From positions 1-47,160 of the IMG/VR virus record IMGVR_UViG_3300026737_000012: 47,160 nt of DNA. The stretch is one strand, 5' to 3'. A model generated the notes under the pieces. The model worked only from the letters and a program-made list of their open reading frames with translations. It was not told the DNA's origin and searched no databases. Each line of letters begins with the position of its first letter. The stretch's first letter is position 1. Shown here one piece after another: positions 6,811 to 16,338 of this stretch. The DNA comes from a virus (lineage: Duplodnaviria > Caudoviricetes). The translations under genes and the position numbers were made by a program.

Positions 6811-7824
6811 TCAAGTGCGCGCAAGCTTAAGCCGAGGACGCCAGCCGCGAAAGCTGTTCGCATACGCAGAATCATACGCACCCAGGCTCGAAACACCGCA
6901 AGTGCCGCGATACACGCGGTGGGTCGGGTCAGCGTCAGAACTTTCTTGGCACCAGTTGTAACTCCCGTTACCAAATTTGTTATGTGTTATCAAATCTCCG
7001 TCTGAAAAATTAACACCCCAACTATTAACTGTCGGTACATATGCTGGATAATTCCAGTTATTTGCTACTGCCTTTTCATGTATCGGCAGCATTAATGCAT
7101 TCCATTCGTTCGCAGATCCAATAGAACCTCTGTCAGCATCATTATAGCTGTTAAGTGGGTCAGAAGCTCCGCCTTTAAGCAGCGCAACCTCATATCTTAA
7201 GCCATTTACTGAAACACTTGCATCCTGTCTGGTTGCTGTTAGTGCAGAACCTGATGAGCTCGTCAAATTATGATGTTCGGCTCCCGCTTCTCCGGCAAGT
7301 AAACCATCGCCATATACAGCCCCTTGTAAATATAAGTGGTCCCAGCTGATTGTGTGCCTGATTGGTTTTTGAGGGACCATATATATTTCACCCTGGAAAG
7401 CAAACTTAAGCCAGTTGGTATTTGAAAATTGGCTGGTCCCCTGTGTAACACCTACAGCACTTGCCAACGCATCTCCAGTTATAAAATCACTTGCCGGTAC
7501 GATTCCGAAGAAACCTGCATCCATAGTTCCAAAACTCAATGTATCTGGATTGCTTATATCTGATGTTGCTACTTCTGAATGAATTTTCTTGAGATATTCT
7601 ATCATCTCATCTGTAACATTGCTCGGATTAAGAGTTGTTTCAGCCGGGACTGTGATTGTAGATTGCGAAGCGTCAAGAGTTACGCTGACTGAACCTTCAT
7701 CTAATCTTACTGGCAATACCCAATCAGGACTATTCCCAGCATCCAACCATAATCTCGGAACTGCAAAAACCTTCAAACCTTCCTTAGTTTCATTAGCTTC
7801 TAATTCAAAAACTTCATTTGCCAT
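6811..7824 (-). CDS. DGR target protein, probable receptor-binding tail protein with C-type-lectin-like variable C-terminus
   Basis: VR at the 3' end; ...NEWNAL...SYNWCQE...RVYRG...GWRPRL end motif typical of CLec-fold DGR targets; follows the tail spike gene. Confidence 0.85.
   Translation of the reverse strand: MANEVFELEANETKEGLKVFAVPRLWLDAGNSPDWVLPVRLDEGSVSVTLDASQSTITVPAETTLNPSNVTDEMIEYLKKIHSEVATSDISNPDTLSFGTMDAGFFGIVPASDFITGDALASAVGVTQGTSQFSNTNWLKFAFQGEIYMVPQKPIRHTISWDHLYLQGAVYGDGLLAGEAGAEHHNLTSSSGSALTATRQDASVSVNGLRYEVALLKGGASDPLNSYNDADRGSIGSANEWNALMLPIHEKAVANNWNYPAYVPTVNSWGVNFSDGDLITHNKFGNGSYNWCQESSDADPTHRVYRGTCGVSSLGAYDSAYANSFRGWRPRLKLART
6830..6925 (-). repeat. DGR variable repeat (VR) with invariant GC-rich 3' segment
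   Basis: See TR; the last 20 nt CGCGGCTGGCGTCCTCGGCT are identical in TR and VR. Confidence 0.97.
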
Positions 7825-7845
7825 TTAATTCACCTCTCTAAAAAT

Positions 7846-10590
7846 CTATTCGTTATAAACTGCCCCGACAACTTCTCCCGAGAAGAAGGCTCCCCCTCTT
7901 TCTCTAGTTATATCGACGGTTCTGTAACCTTCATCATTTACCATAATTAAGCCTTCTTTATACATTTTTACATCTCCAGCCATAATCTCACCGAACTTGT
8001 TTAATAGAACATTAAGGGCTCCTGATTCATCATAACCCTGTATGCCATCTCCTGACATTTTCCAGGCATCCCATTCATCCACTACAACTTCATCCTCTTG
8101 AGCAGCGAAACCAGTTACCATAGCAGATTGGACCTTTTCTTTTTTCTTTCCTTTGATAGTAAAAGTACCAGCTGTCATTATCAGATTAGCTATTAATTCA
8201 TCTGACATTATCTTTTTAGCTGAAACATTTTTTATTTTTGCGTCGGTTATTGTCGCATTTGCTATCTTAGCAGCATCAACAGCCAGATCTTCAATCTTAG
8301 CATTGGAAATAGCAGCATCTTTAATTTGAGCATTGCCAACTGCTAGATTAGCTATCTTAGCTTCTGTAATAGCAAGGTCTGCTATTTTAGCTGTACTAAC
8401 AGCAAGGTTGGCTATCTTAGCATTCTCGACAGCTGCAGATCCTATTTTTGCACTTGTTATTGTCGCATCAGCAAGCTTTGCAGTAGTTACAGCAAGATTA
8501 GTAATTTTAGCATTAGTGATAGCCGCATTAGCAATATGGCCTGTGTTAACAGCAAGCAAAGCTATTTTAGTAGCAGTAACAGCTTCATTAATCATATGCT
8601 CTGTATTTACTACATCATCAGCTATTTTATCGCCATCTACTGCATCAAGTGCTATTTTGGCTTTGGTTATAGCTGCATTAACTATATCGTCTGCATCAAC
8701 TGCAGCATTCATCACTTCTGACCAGTCTATACCGCCGGCAGTGATCGCTGAAACAACATCAGTTTTATTGCTTTCGCCAGCTATAGTCACAAGCGAAGCC
8801 TGCACATTATAAGTAGTAGATTTTTCAGCATCAAAAGAATCATAATTATTTTTTGAAAAATATTTTTTGTAACCTGAGCCATCATCAATATAGAAATTGT
8901 ATCCTAAGACATCACCTCTGGATGATTCGTCACACTCTACCCAGATATGATTGAAGGAAGCTTTGACTATCAAATTAGTCGGTTTATTAACCGGCAACCC
9001 CTCTGTATCAGATTCAAGCTCTAACTTATCTGTCTCTTGATATGGACTGCTTGACATAACTGACTCTATTTCACCCTGAAAATCAATTGGAGGTTCTTTA
9101 TATACCCTCCCGGTTAATTCTGTGGTCATGTAATTATTGTTTGCCTTATGACTTATATTTTCTAACATTACATTTTCTGAAAAACTTCTTTTAACCACTT
9201 TTGGTATATAGTTTATACCGAGATAAGGAGAGTAATGTATCTGAAAACTAACCTCTTTTTGGTCTTTGCATTCGTAAAAGTGCATGTATTTTGATAATAT
9301 TTCAGCATGATCTTCAGTTTGCACAAATTTGTTTTTATCAGGAGAATAAGTTTTCTTAGGCTCAGAAACTTCCGTATATGAATATTCGTTATCAGATAGT
9401 TTTTCAAGCGGCTGACCATATATTTTAAATTGCTGAATATATAGATCTTGATCGCTGGTATTATGAAACCTTACTTTTCCACCCGTTTGGTCAACATCAA
9501 TGTCGTACTGGAAATAGACAGACATATCATTGCCTGAAGAATCCTCTACCCTTATTTTTGGAGCTTCCGCTTCTAAATTAACAGCTATAGAGGTGGGCCA
9601 GTTAATTTTTATCCAGGCGCTTGTCTTATTTGCTTCTAAAAGCATATTTGCCTGGTCAGCGCTTTTGTTATAAGTTTCTTTGTTGTAGTACATCCAACAA
9701 ACCTGTCTATCTACAACTCTGAACTGGTCATATTGGATGCTAACTCTGTCATAATCAGAAGAAATGTTATTGAATTCCATCTTTTTCACTAAATTTTCAT
9801 CAAAATTGACTTCTGTTTCTATGACATCCATACCGTTGAATGGAGTTTCTAGTATTAATTCATCTTCATTGCTCATGTAAAGAGAGCCATAAACACTTTT
9901 AATTAACTCCGAAAATTCATCCATAACGCGATTGTCTTTCTCAAAATGAGCATAAGGCACGCTTATGTGATTTCCGGATGGATCTGTAACGTCTTCAAAT
10001 ATTAAATTACTTGAATTTATCCCTATTTTTTCAGCTAAATAATGTGCTAAAGATTGGCCAGTGTTATTATTGTTGCAAATATCCCAACCTAATTTAACTT
10101 CATGCTTTTCGAATTTAGCTTTTAAGCCATCTTTAATCCTGTCATAAATCTTTATAGGGTACACATGTTTTAGATTTTCAAATTCTTCTGGAAAACTTTG
10201 TGTATATCCTGTAAAAATGGTTATTTCTATCTCTGATTCAACCAACTCGATATCTTTGAAAGGAGGAAGACCAGTTATCATTGCTGAATCTACTTCTTCT
10301 CTTAAATGACCAGAGAAAAAATCTTTAACAATTATTTTGTCGCCTTCTCTTATGAAATTGTTTATACTTTCATCAGTGTTTAAATTGAGGTCAAAGCTAG
10401 CTGTGTCAGTAGAAATAATGCCAAGGAGACCGTTTTTTTCTTTATTAATATTCAATGTAGTTAGATTAACTTTATTTGTTATATCCTGGTCTAAAGTTTC
10501 ATTATAAATAACTATCCTATGATCTTGAGCATTATTAAAGTTTTTACAGTCTTTTTGGTAACCGTATGGAACAGCTATTTCTTTTGGCAC
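7846..10590 (-). CDS. Large tail/baseplate hub-spike protein (FN3-like domain plus 10-aa beta-helix repeats)
   Basis: Probable GTG start at 10590 (GGAGGGGG SD); PVNKPTNL...GYNFY...YNVQAS...GES FN3-like; about 15-16 repeats of A[IV]TxAKIAxx. Confidence 0.8.
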   Translation of the reverse strand: MPKEIAVPYGYQKDCKNFNNAQDHRIVIYNETLDQDITNKVNLTTLNINKEKNGLLGIISTDTASFDLNLNTDESINNFIREGDKIIVKDFFSGHLREEVDSAMITGLPPFKDIELVESEIEITIFTGYTQSFPEEFENLKHVYPIKIYDRIKDGLKAKFEKHEVKLGWDICNNNNTGQSLAHYLAEKIGINSSNLIFEDVTDPSGNHISVPYAHFEKDNRVMDEFSELIKSVYGSLYMSNEDELILETPFNGMDVIETEVNFDENLVKKMEFNNISSDYDRVSIQYDQFRVVDRQVCWMYYNKETYNKSADQANMLLEANKTSAWIKINWPTSIAVNLEAEAPKIRVEDSSGNDMSVYFQYDIDVDQTGGKVRFHNTSDQDLYIQQFKIYGQPLEKLSDNEYSYTEVSEPKKTYSPDKNKFVQTEDHAEILSKYMHFYECKDQKEVSFQIHYSPYLGINYIPKVVKRSFSENVMLENISHKANNNYMTTELTGRVYKEPPIDFQGEIESVMSSSPYQETDKLELESDTEGLPVNKPTNLIVKASFNHIWVECDESSRGDVLGYNFYIDDGSGYKKYFSKNNYDSFDAEKSTTYNVQASLVTIAGESNKTDVVSAITAGGIDWSEVMNAAVDADDIVNAAITKAKIALDAVDGDKIADDVVNTEHMINEAVTATKIALLAVNTGHIANAAITNAKITNLAVTTAKLADATITSAKIGSAAVENAKIANLAVSTAKIADLAITEAKIANLAVGNAQIKDAAISNAKIEDLAVDAAKIANATITDAKIKNVSAKKIMSDELIANLIMTAGTFTIKGKKKEKVQSAMVTGFAAQEDEVVVDEWDAWKMSGDGIQGYDESGALNVLLNKFGEIMAGDVKMYKEGLIMVNDEGYRTVDITRERGGAFFSGEVVGAVYNE

Positions 10591-10608
10591 TATTACCACC
10601 CCCTCCAT

Positions 10609-10640
10609 AAAAGAAAGGCCAAGCAAAAGCCTGACCTTTC
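10609..10640 (-). terminator. Intrinsic terminator after the small inserted ORF
   Basis: GAAAGGTCAGGC-TTTT-GCTTGGCCTTTC followed by TTTT. Confidence 0.65.
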
Positions 10641-10651
10641 AAATATAATTA

Positions 10652-10813
10652 TCATTCTATTAACTCAATTTCTTTAACAACTTCTTTTTCATACATAGCA
10701 ATATATTTATCATCTTTTTGGAAATAATAAACACCACTATGAGGTACAAAGGAATCTGCAGCAATAGTTTTATCTTCTCTGCCATCATTGAATTTTACCA
10801 AATAGCTATTCAT
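10652..10813 (-). CDS. 53-aa hypothetical protein
   Basis: Manual: MNSYLVKFNDGREDKTIAADSFVPHSGVYYFQKDDKYIAMYEKEVVKEIELIE; GAGGTGATC SD. Confidence 0.7.
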   Translation of the reverse strand: MNSYLVKFNDGREDKTIAADSFVPHSGVYYFQKDDKYIAMYEKEVVKEIELIE

Positions 10814-10831
10814 CTTATTGATCACCTCTGT

Positions 10832-13800
10832 TTATGCTTCATCATCTTCTTTTTCTTTAATCCACTTCAAGAATTCTTTATATAGGTCCTCTCTGTCAGT
10901 ACCCAAGAAAGTGTTATTATGCGGAGAAAATTCATAAGTGTTATTTACAACTTTTCCTCCGCCTTCACCCTCAGGAATACCAGAACCACCATAATAGTCA
11001 TCAGAACTGGTTGAATCATCAGCTGTAGGAACCTTAGTTGTATCAAAGTCCATTCCAGCCTCTCTGAGTTCATCCTGCAGGTTATCTAAAATACCCTGCA
11101 TATTATCAAAGTCCTGCTCTAAGTTGCCAGTGAAGTTGATATCCTGTCCATCAAACCACTTGCTGAACATTTCCTGATATACTTCTGATTCCATAAATGC
11201 CTGGATAAGTCCATCTTTTGCAGATTCATAAATTGATTCACCCAAAGCAGTCCTGAAATCAAATAAGTCCTCTGACTCTAAAGCAGCATTCATTGCATCG
11301 CTTAAAGCGTTTTTAACTTCCTGCATTTGCTGGGTTATCTCTTTTGACTCGCTAGATAGCAGACCCATTTTTTCAAGAAGATTGTCGATTTCTTCTTCGG
11401 TCATACCTGCGGCTTTAGCCTGATCAGTAAACTGTTCAATTATAATATCATTGATATTTTCCATATCTTCCATATTTTTAGATATGTCAATTATTTTAGA
11501 AAAACCTGAACTTATATTTGAGCCACTAATGAGATTTTCTGCATATTCCAGTGGATTGCTTCCTGAGTAATTAGCTAACTTAGTGTTAATTGACTCAAAT
11601 AAATTCTCAAAATAAGTATCCAATCCGCTCAGATTAAGGTTATAAACCATGCTGGATATATTATTTTTAAGTGTATCGAAATAACCAGATAGCCCCTGAA
11701 TAAAGGAATCTATCATGCTACTACCGTCAGCAAATGTACTGATAAAACTACTTCTGACTGTTTGCATAACAGTAACAATATTATTGGTTGTCCTGGCTAA
11801 GTTTCTGGCTATATTAGTTATCGTGCCGTCCATTCTCCTTATTTCAGCACTGGTATAACCTGCAGCCTTATAAGTTTCTTTTAGCTGTTCTTTATACTGC
11901 TCTAAAGCCTCAGCTTGACTAATATAGTTAATGCCCTCAAAACTTTCTAATCTGCTTGATTCAGCTATATTGTTCTGTACCTTTTTGAGGGCTGATACTG
12001 TATCAACATAAGTTCTAAGTTGTGCTTGAACTGTTCTTAAGTCAGTTGAGAAACCTTTATCTATACCGCCTTTTAGCCTTTTAACCTGATTAACAGTTAT
12101 GCTGCTGAACTGCCTTTCAAACTGTTCTAATCTTTCAAAAGGTAAATTCATTACATTGCCACCATAACCACTGAACATGCTTACATTTTTGCCTAATCTA
12201 CGGGCTGTATCATATAAGCTGTAGGAATGATGCTCTCTTTCTTTTCCATGCCACCATCTATCCTGATCATAACCAGTAATATCGACATTGCCAAAGTTAG
12301 GTCTATTTCTTAACATGAAATCGGCCTGACCTTTTACCTGGCTCCTGGCTAAAGTTACATTTTGGTTGGTAGGATTTTGAGCAACAGCTTTGATAATATT
12401 CTTTGCTGTATCTTCAGTGTTATTTTTAATGCTTTGTAATAAACTAAGTTGTTCTTTATCGACTTCCAGCTGATTTTGATATTCAGCAAGTATCTTTTCA
12501 TTTTCCTTCTGATTATATGACTGAATAGCTCCAACAATACTTAAACCAGCATTTGCTATCCCAAAACCTGATGTTAACTTACCCATCATATCTGTGGCGT
12601 TGCCAAAGTTCTGGAATTGATCATACATGCTTTTACCGCTGCCAATTAAATTACCTATCAAAGCAGCATCTTCATTGCCGGTTATATTAGCAATATTATT
12701 AGCAAAGCTGCTCAATTCATTTGTTAAATCAGATATATTAGCGTTAAACTCGGTAGTATCGCCGTTAATATCATCTAACTGCTTTTCTATTTGTTTTCTT
12801 AATTCTTCGTTCAAGTTATTTAGTTCATCCATTTTATCTTGATATTCAGCTTTCATATCTTTAAAACCAGAAATCAAATCAAGTATATGATTAAAGTTTT
12901 CTGTGTCTTTAGATACTTTTGCTAAATATTTTAGTGCTGGATTATCACCTAAACCTGATGCTTTTAAAGCCCATTCATTTGCAACATTAGAAGGAACTCC
13001 ACCACCGACTTGACCTCCAATAGCAAACCCACTAAAGCTTCCTGTGTTGATTGATTCAAGTATTGGCAGCCATTTCTTAGTTGATGCCGCATTAATGACA
13101 TATTCTCCGTCGCTTAACATAGCAGGGATACTATCTGATGTTGAAGTGCCTGGGCCAGAAATATAGCCTCCAGTAGCATATTCATGACCAGTAAACATTT
13201 CAATAATTTGCTTAGGCAATGCTGTCGGTGATAATTCAGAAGGGTTTGGAGCTCTAAACCAATCAGCCCAAATTTTATTATCTTCATCATTGAGCAGATT
13301 TGTTATTGGATTTATGAATAATTCTTTAAAACCTTCTACCATACCATCGAGTGATTCTTCAAAGGAAGTTTGCATATCATTCCATACACCAGACCAGAAC
13401 TCTTTTGAAAATAAAGTATCTATTTTTTCTTGAGTCCAGTCTCCAAGTGAATTCCAGATTTCTTGCCACTCTAACTTTGCTAATAACCATAAATCTTCCC
13501 AAAAACTTTTAGAAAATAAAGTTTTTAAACCTTCTTTGAATTGTTCTTTCCACTCAGTATAATTTTCTATTTCAGGATCTAAGAGAACTGACAAGGTAGC
13601 GCCAATAGTTAATCCACCAGCAAGAGCTAGTCCTGCACTTCCTGCAGTTTTTGCAGCTCCACCAAGAGCCATTTGAGCACCCATCTTAAGAAGAATACCT
13701 TGAGCAATCAATTCAGCGATAATAGCACTCATTAATTTTGCAGCTGTAAATGCTATAGCTATAGTTCCTATTCCAATTGTGAGATCTATTGCTGCATCTA

Positions 13801-16042
13801 AAGTTAAGTTTTCATCAATTAGATCTGAAATTCCAGTTGATTCATTTAATTGTTTGTTTGAATTATAGAATTCGCTTACATTAGGTATCCAATTTTGATT
13901 AAGTTCATGAGCTGCTGAAGGCGCATAATTAGAGCCAAGATATTCAATGAACTTGTCCTGCATCTCATCACTTAATGAAGCTAGAGTTTGGTCTGCTGCA
14001 AGCTCATAATTATCTTTAAATAGTTCCCAGTAGTTAGTAACAGTTGTGGCTGCAGCTGCTGCAAACCAATCTTTTGATTGGGCTTCTAATCCTAAAGCAG
14101 ATTCCATACCTTCAAAGAATTCCTGGTTAGAGTTTAAAGCAAATTGATAGCCCTGGTCTCTAAAACCTGTCATACCATAAGGCACACTTGAATTAGCTCC
14201 ACCTTCAGCTCTGTAAATAGCCTTTAATAGTTCTCCGATTCCACTGTTACCAATTTCTCTTTCGATCTGTTCTTCAATAGATCCGTCTGAGGGCATCACT
14301 TTTTGCTTAAACCAGCTGCTGAAATCACTTGCTAGGTTTTTCATACCATCAAAAGTAAATTCACCTATACCAATAACTGCATCTATTGCATTTTCTACTG
14401 TGAGTTCAACACCGTATTTTTCTTCAATCCAATCTTTTAGGGATTGAGTTATTTTGGTTATTTCATTAAAACCCCACTCAGCAACCTCTAAGGTTATTTT
14501 GCCTATATCCTGAGCTTTTTCTATCCAGGTAGTTTCTTGCCACCATTCTTTTAACTCATCCCACTTTTCAATTGTTTGATCAACAGTATTTTCTGCATCC
14601 TCTTTTAATTCATTCCACCAGTCGCTAATATCCTGGACTGCTGTTTTTGTCTTATCTCTTATATCCCACATATTGAGATACCATGCAGCTCCGAAAGCAA
14701 ACATAGCTGCAGAAACTAAACCAATTGGTGTTAATAAAGACATTAATGCAGTACCTACAGTAGCAAAAACTGCAACTGTGGCTGTCATTCTAAGAGCAAA
14801 GGTTAGTATTGACTTAATAGCTTCTCTGTTCTCTGAAACAAAATTCTGTATTGCTAAAGCCCATGATCCTATATCATCAAGCATTGAGTTAATTTCAGAA
14901 CTAAAACTTCTTCCAATTTCAATAATAGAATTAGCAACTCTTTCTTTGGCCTTGTTGAATCTAAATGGAATAGTATTAGTAGCTTTTTCAAATGCCGCTT
15001 CCATACTTCCAGCTGAGTTTGACATAGCGTCAACGCTTTCTCTTAAGCCGTCAATATTTTTTATCATTGGAATAATTGCTCTTGCAGCTCTGATTTCAAA
15101 ACCTATTCCTTTTAAAACATCCTGCATTTCCTGATCAGATAAACCTTCTAACTGATCTGATAAATCTTCTACAATATCAACAATTCCTCTGAACTTACCA
15201 AATTCGTTATAGACTTCTACACCAGCATCAGCTAACTGACTACTTTTCTGTATTAAACCATCATAAGCCCTGGCTAAAGATGTGCTTGCCATTTCAGCGC
15301 TCAAACCATTTTTAGTGACAAAGGCTAAAGAACCATACATATTTTCTAAACTCTCATTAAGCTTTCTTGCAGAAGGTAGCAATTCACCCTGAGCATTTGA
15401 CAGCTGCTCATATGTAATTACACCTTTTCTGACAGTCTGAAATTGTAAATCAAAAACTTTTGTTAAATCTTGTATTTCTAAATTAAAAGCATTAACTGTA
15501 GCTATACCAGCATTAACTGCAGTCTGAGCATTAGTCATACCGGCAGTAGCTGCTCTTGCTGATAAATCTAAAACACCTATTGAATTACTGGCTTGCACAC
15601 CGGCTGAAACAATATCGTATAAAGCAGTAGAAAGATTTTCCGCTGATTCTCCCACTCTATTTGATACGGCTATTACCCCGTCCTGTAATTCTCTAAACTT
15701 TTTAGAACTAGTATCAAGCAGTGTATTAACATTAGCCATTGCCTGCTCAAATTTAGCAAATTTATATATAGGAATACCTGTTAGGGCAACCAAAGCTGTA
15801 AAAGCTTTTAAAGCAACATTTCTGAGAGTTCTTAAGGCATTATTTAGTTTAATGAAAGCTGCTTTCATTTTTGCAACTGCTGCAGATATCTTTTGAGCAT
15901 AACCTATTACTGAACGGGCCATGTTGGCAAATCTTCTCTTCATTTCTCTAACTTTTCTGATTGTGTCATCCATAGCAGAAAGCTCTCTTCTGGCCCTGAT
16001 TGCCATTTCTATTGCAACACTCTCATTCATTTGCTTCACCAT
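10832..16042 (-). CDS. Tail tape measure protein (TP901-type core) with internal lysozyme-like domain
   Basis: FEQAMANVNTLL...ALYDIVSAG core; Trp-periodic amphipathic repeats; ATGGYISGPGTSTSDSIPAMLSDGEYVINA motif; follows the chaperones. Confidence 0.95.
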   Translation of the reverse strand: MVKQMNESVAIEMAIRARRELSAMDDTIRKVREMKRRFANMARSVIGYAQKISAAVAKMKAAFIKLNNALRTLRNVALKAFTALVALTGIPIYKFAKFEQAMANVNTLLDTSSKKFRELQDGVIAVSNRVGESAENLSTALYDIVSAGVQASNSIGVLDLSARAATAGMTNAQTAVNAGIATVNAFNLEIQDLTKVFDLQFQTVRKGVITYEQLSNAQGELLPSARKLNESLENMYGSLAFVTKNGLSAEMASTSLARAYDGLIQKSSQLADAGVEVYNEFGKFRGIVDIVEDLSDQLEGLSDQEMQDVLKGIGFEIRAARAIIPMIKNIDGLRESVDAMSNSAGSMEAAFEKATNTIPFRFNKAKERVANSIIEIGRSFSSEINSMLDDIGSWALAIQNFVSENREAIKSILTFALRMTATVAVFATVGTALMSLLTPIGLVSAAMFAFGAAWYLNMWDIRDKTKTAVQDISDWWNELKEDAENTVDQTIEKWDELKEWWQETTWIEKAQDIGKITLEVAEWGFNEITKITQSLKDWIEEKYGVELTVENAIDAVIGIGEFTFDGMKNLASDFSSWFKQKVMPSDGSIEEQIEREIGNSGIGELLKAIYRAEGGANSSVPYGMTGFRDQGYQFALNSNQEFFEGMESALGLEAQSKDWFAAAAATTVTNYWELFKDNYELAADQTLASLSDEMQDKFIEYLGSNYAPSAAHELNQNWIPNVSEFYNSNKQLNESTGISDLIDENLTLDAAIDLTIGIGTIAIAFTAAKLMSAIIAELIAQGILLKMGAQMALGGAAKTAGSAGLALAGGLTIGATLSVLLDPEIENYTEWKEQFKEGLKTLFSKSFWEDLWLLAKLEWQEIWNSLGDWTQEKIDTLFSKEFWSGVWNDMQTSFEESLDGMVEGFKELFINPITNLLNDEDNKIWADWFRAPNPSELSPTALPKQIIEMFTGHEYATGGYISGPGTSTSDSIPAMLSDGEYVINAASTKKWLPILESINTGSFSGFAIGGQVGGGVPSNVANEWALKASGLGDNPALKYLAKVSKDTENFNHILDLISGFKDMKAEYQDKMDELNNLNEELRKQIEKQLDDINGDTTEFNANISDLTNELSSFANNIANITGNEDAALIGNLIGSGKSMYDQFQNFGNATDMMGKLTSGFGIANAGLSIVGAIQSYNQKENEKILAEYQNQLEVDKEQLSLLQSIKNNTEDTAKNIIKAVAQNPTNQNVTLARSQVKGQADFMLRNRPNFGNVDITGYDQDRWWHGKEREHHSYSLYDTARRLGKNVSMFSGYGGNVMNLPFERLEQFERQFSSITVNQVKRLKGGIDKGFSTDLRTVQAQLRTYVDTVSALKKVQNNIAESSRLESFEGINYISQAEALEQYKEQLKETYKAAGYTSAEIRRMDGTITNIARNLARTTNNIVTVMQTVRSSFISTFADGSSMIDSFIQGLSGYFDTLKNNISSMVYNLNLSGLDTYFENLFESINTKLANYSGSNPLEYAENLISGSNISSGFSKIIDISKNMEDMENINDIIIEQFTDQAKAAGMTEEEIDNLLEKMGLLSSESKEITQQMQEVKNALSDAMNAALESEDLFDFRTALGESIYESAKDGLIQAFMESEVYQEMFSKWFDGQDINFTGNLEQDFDNMQGILDNLQDELREAGMDFDTTKVPTADDSTSSDDYYGGSGIPEGEGGGKVVNNTYEFSPHNNTFLGTDREDLYKEFLKWIKEKEDDEA

Positions 16043-16047
16043 CCTTT

Positions 16048-16338
16048 CTATTTTTTATCGTCTTTATTGTTGTGAATAGCATTATTCATGCAGGTTATTA
16101 TTTCTGTAATGTTATCCATTAAAACAGCAGGCTGTTCATAATAACCCCCGGAATAAGGTAAATGTCTTAGTTCCCAGTAACCACCCATATTAGTAGAGCA
16201 CATTGACTTAACTTTATTAATTTCAGAATTGAGGTTGTTATAGTATTTCTTACTTTCATGAGGTGGTGGCTCTGTCGGTTTCCCCAAAACTCTATTCCTG
16301 CAAATTATTTTAAGGGTTTCATGCCTCTTTAGTTTTTT
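16048..16338 (-). CDS. Tail assembly chaperone gpT-like part, reached by -1 frameshift
   Basis: The -1 frame from AAAAAAC (16338-16332) is open: KLKRHETLKIICRNRVLGKPTEPPP...LPYSGGYYEQP. Confidence 0.8.
   Translation of the reverse strand, partial: KKLKRHETLKIICRNRVLGKPTEPPPHESKKYYNNLNSEINKVKSMCSTNMGGYWELRHLPYSGGYYEQPAVLMDNITEIITCMNNAIHNNKDDKK

Larger units (their letters stand above)
4968..7824 (-). mobile_element. Complete diversity-generating retroelement (target/VR-hairpin-avd-TR-RT)
   Basis: All canonical parts present in BPP-1 order. Confidence 0.95.

Noticed and set aside
6203-6974. ORFs 6203-6514(+), 6761-6961(+) and 6753-6974(-)
   Set aside because: Alternative frames over TR/VR; their mutual similarity simply reflects the repeat
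8333-8812. Plus-strand 159-aa repetitive hydrophobic ORF
   Set aside because: Antisense shadow of the decapeptide repeats; same for the other plus-strand ORFs overlapping clear minus-strand genes (e.g. 14673-15134, 37066-37455)
10591-10626. Tracked TTG start of the 926-aa tail protein
   Set aside because: It lies within a terminator hairpin; GTG at 10590 has a strong SD
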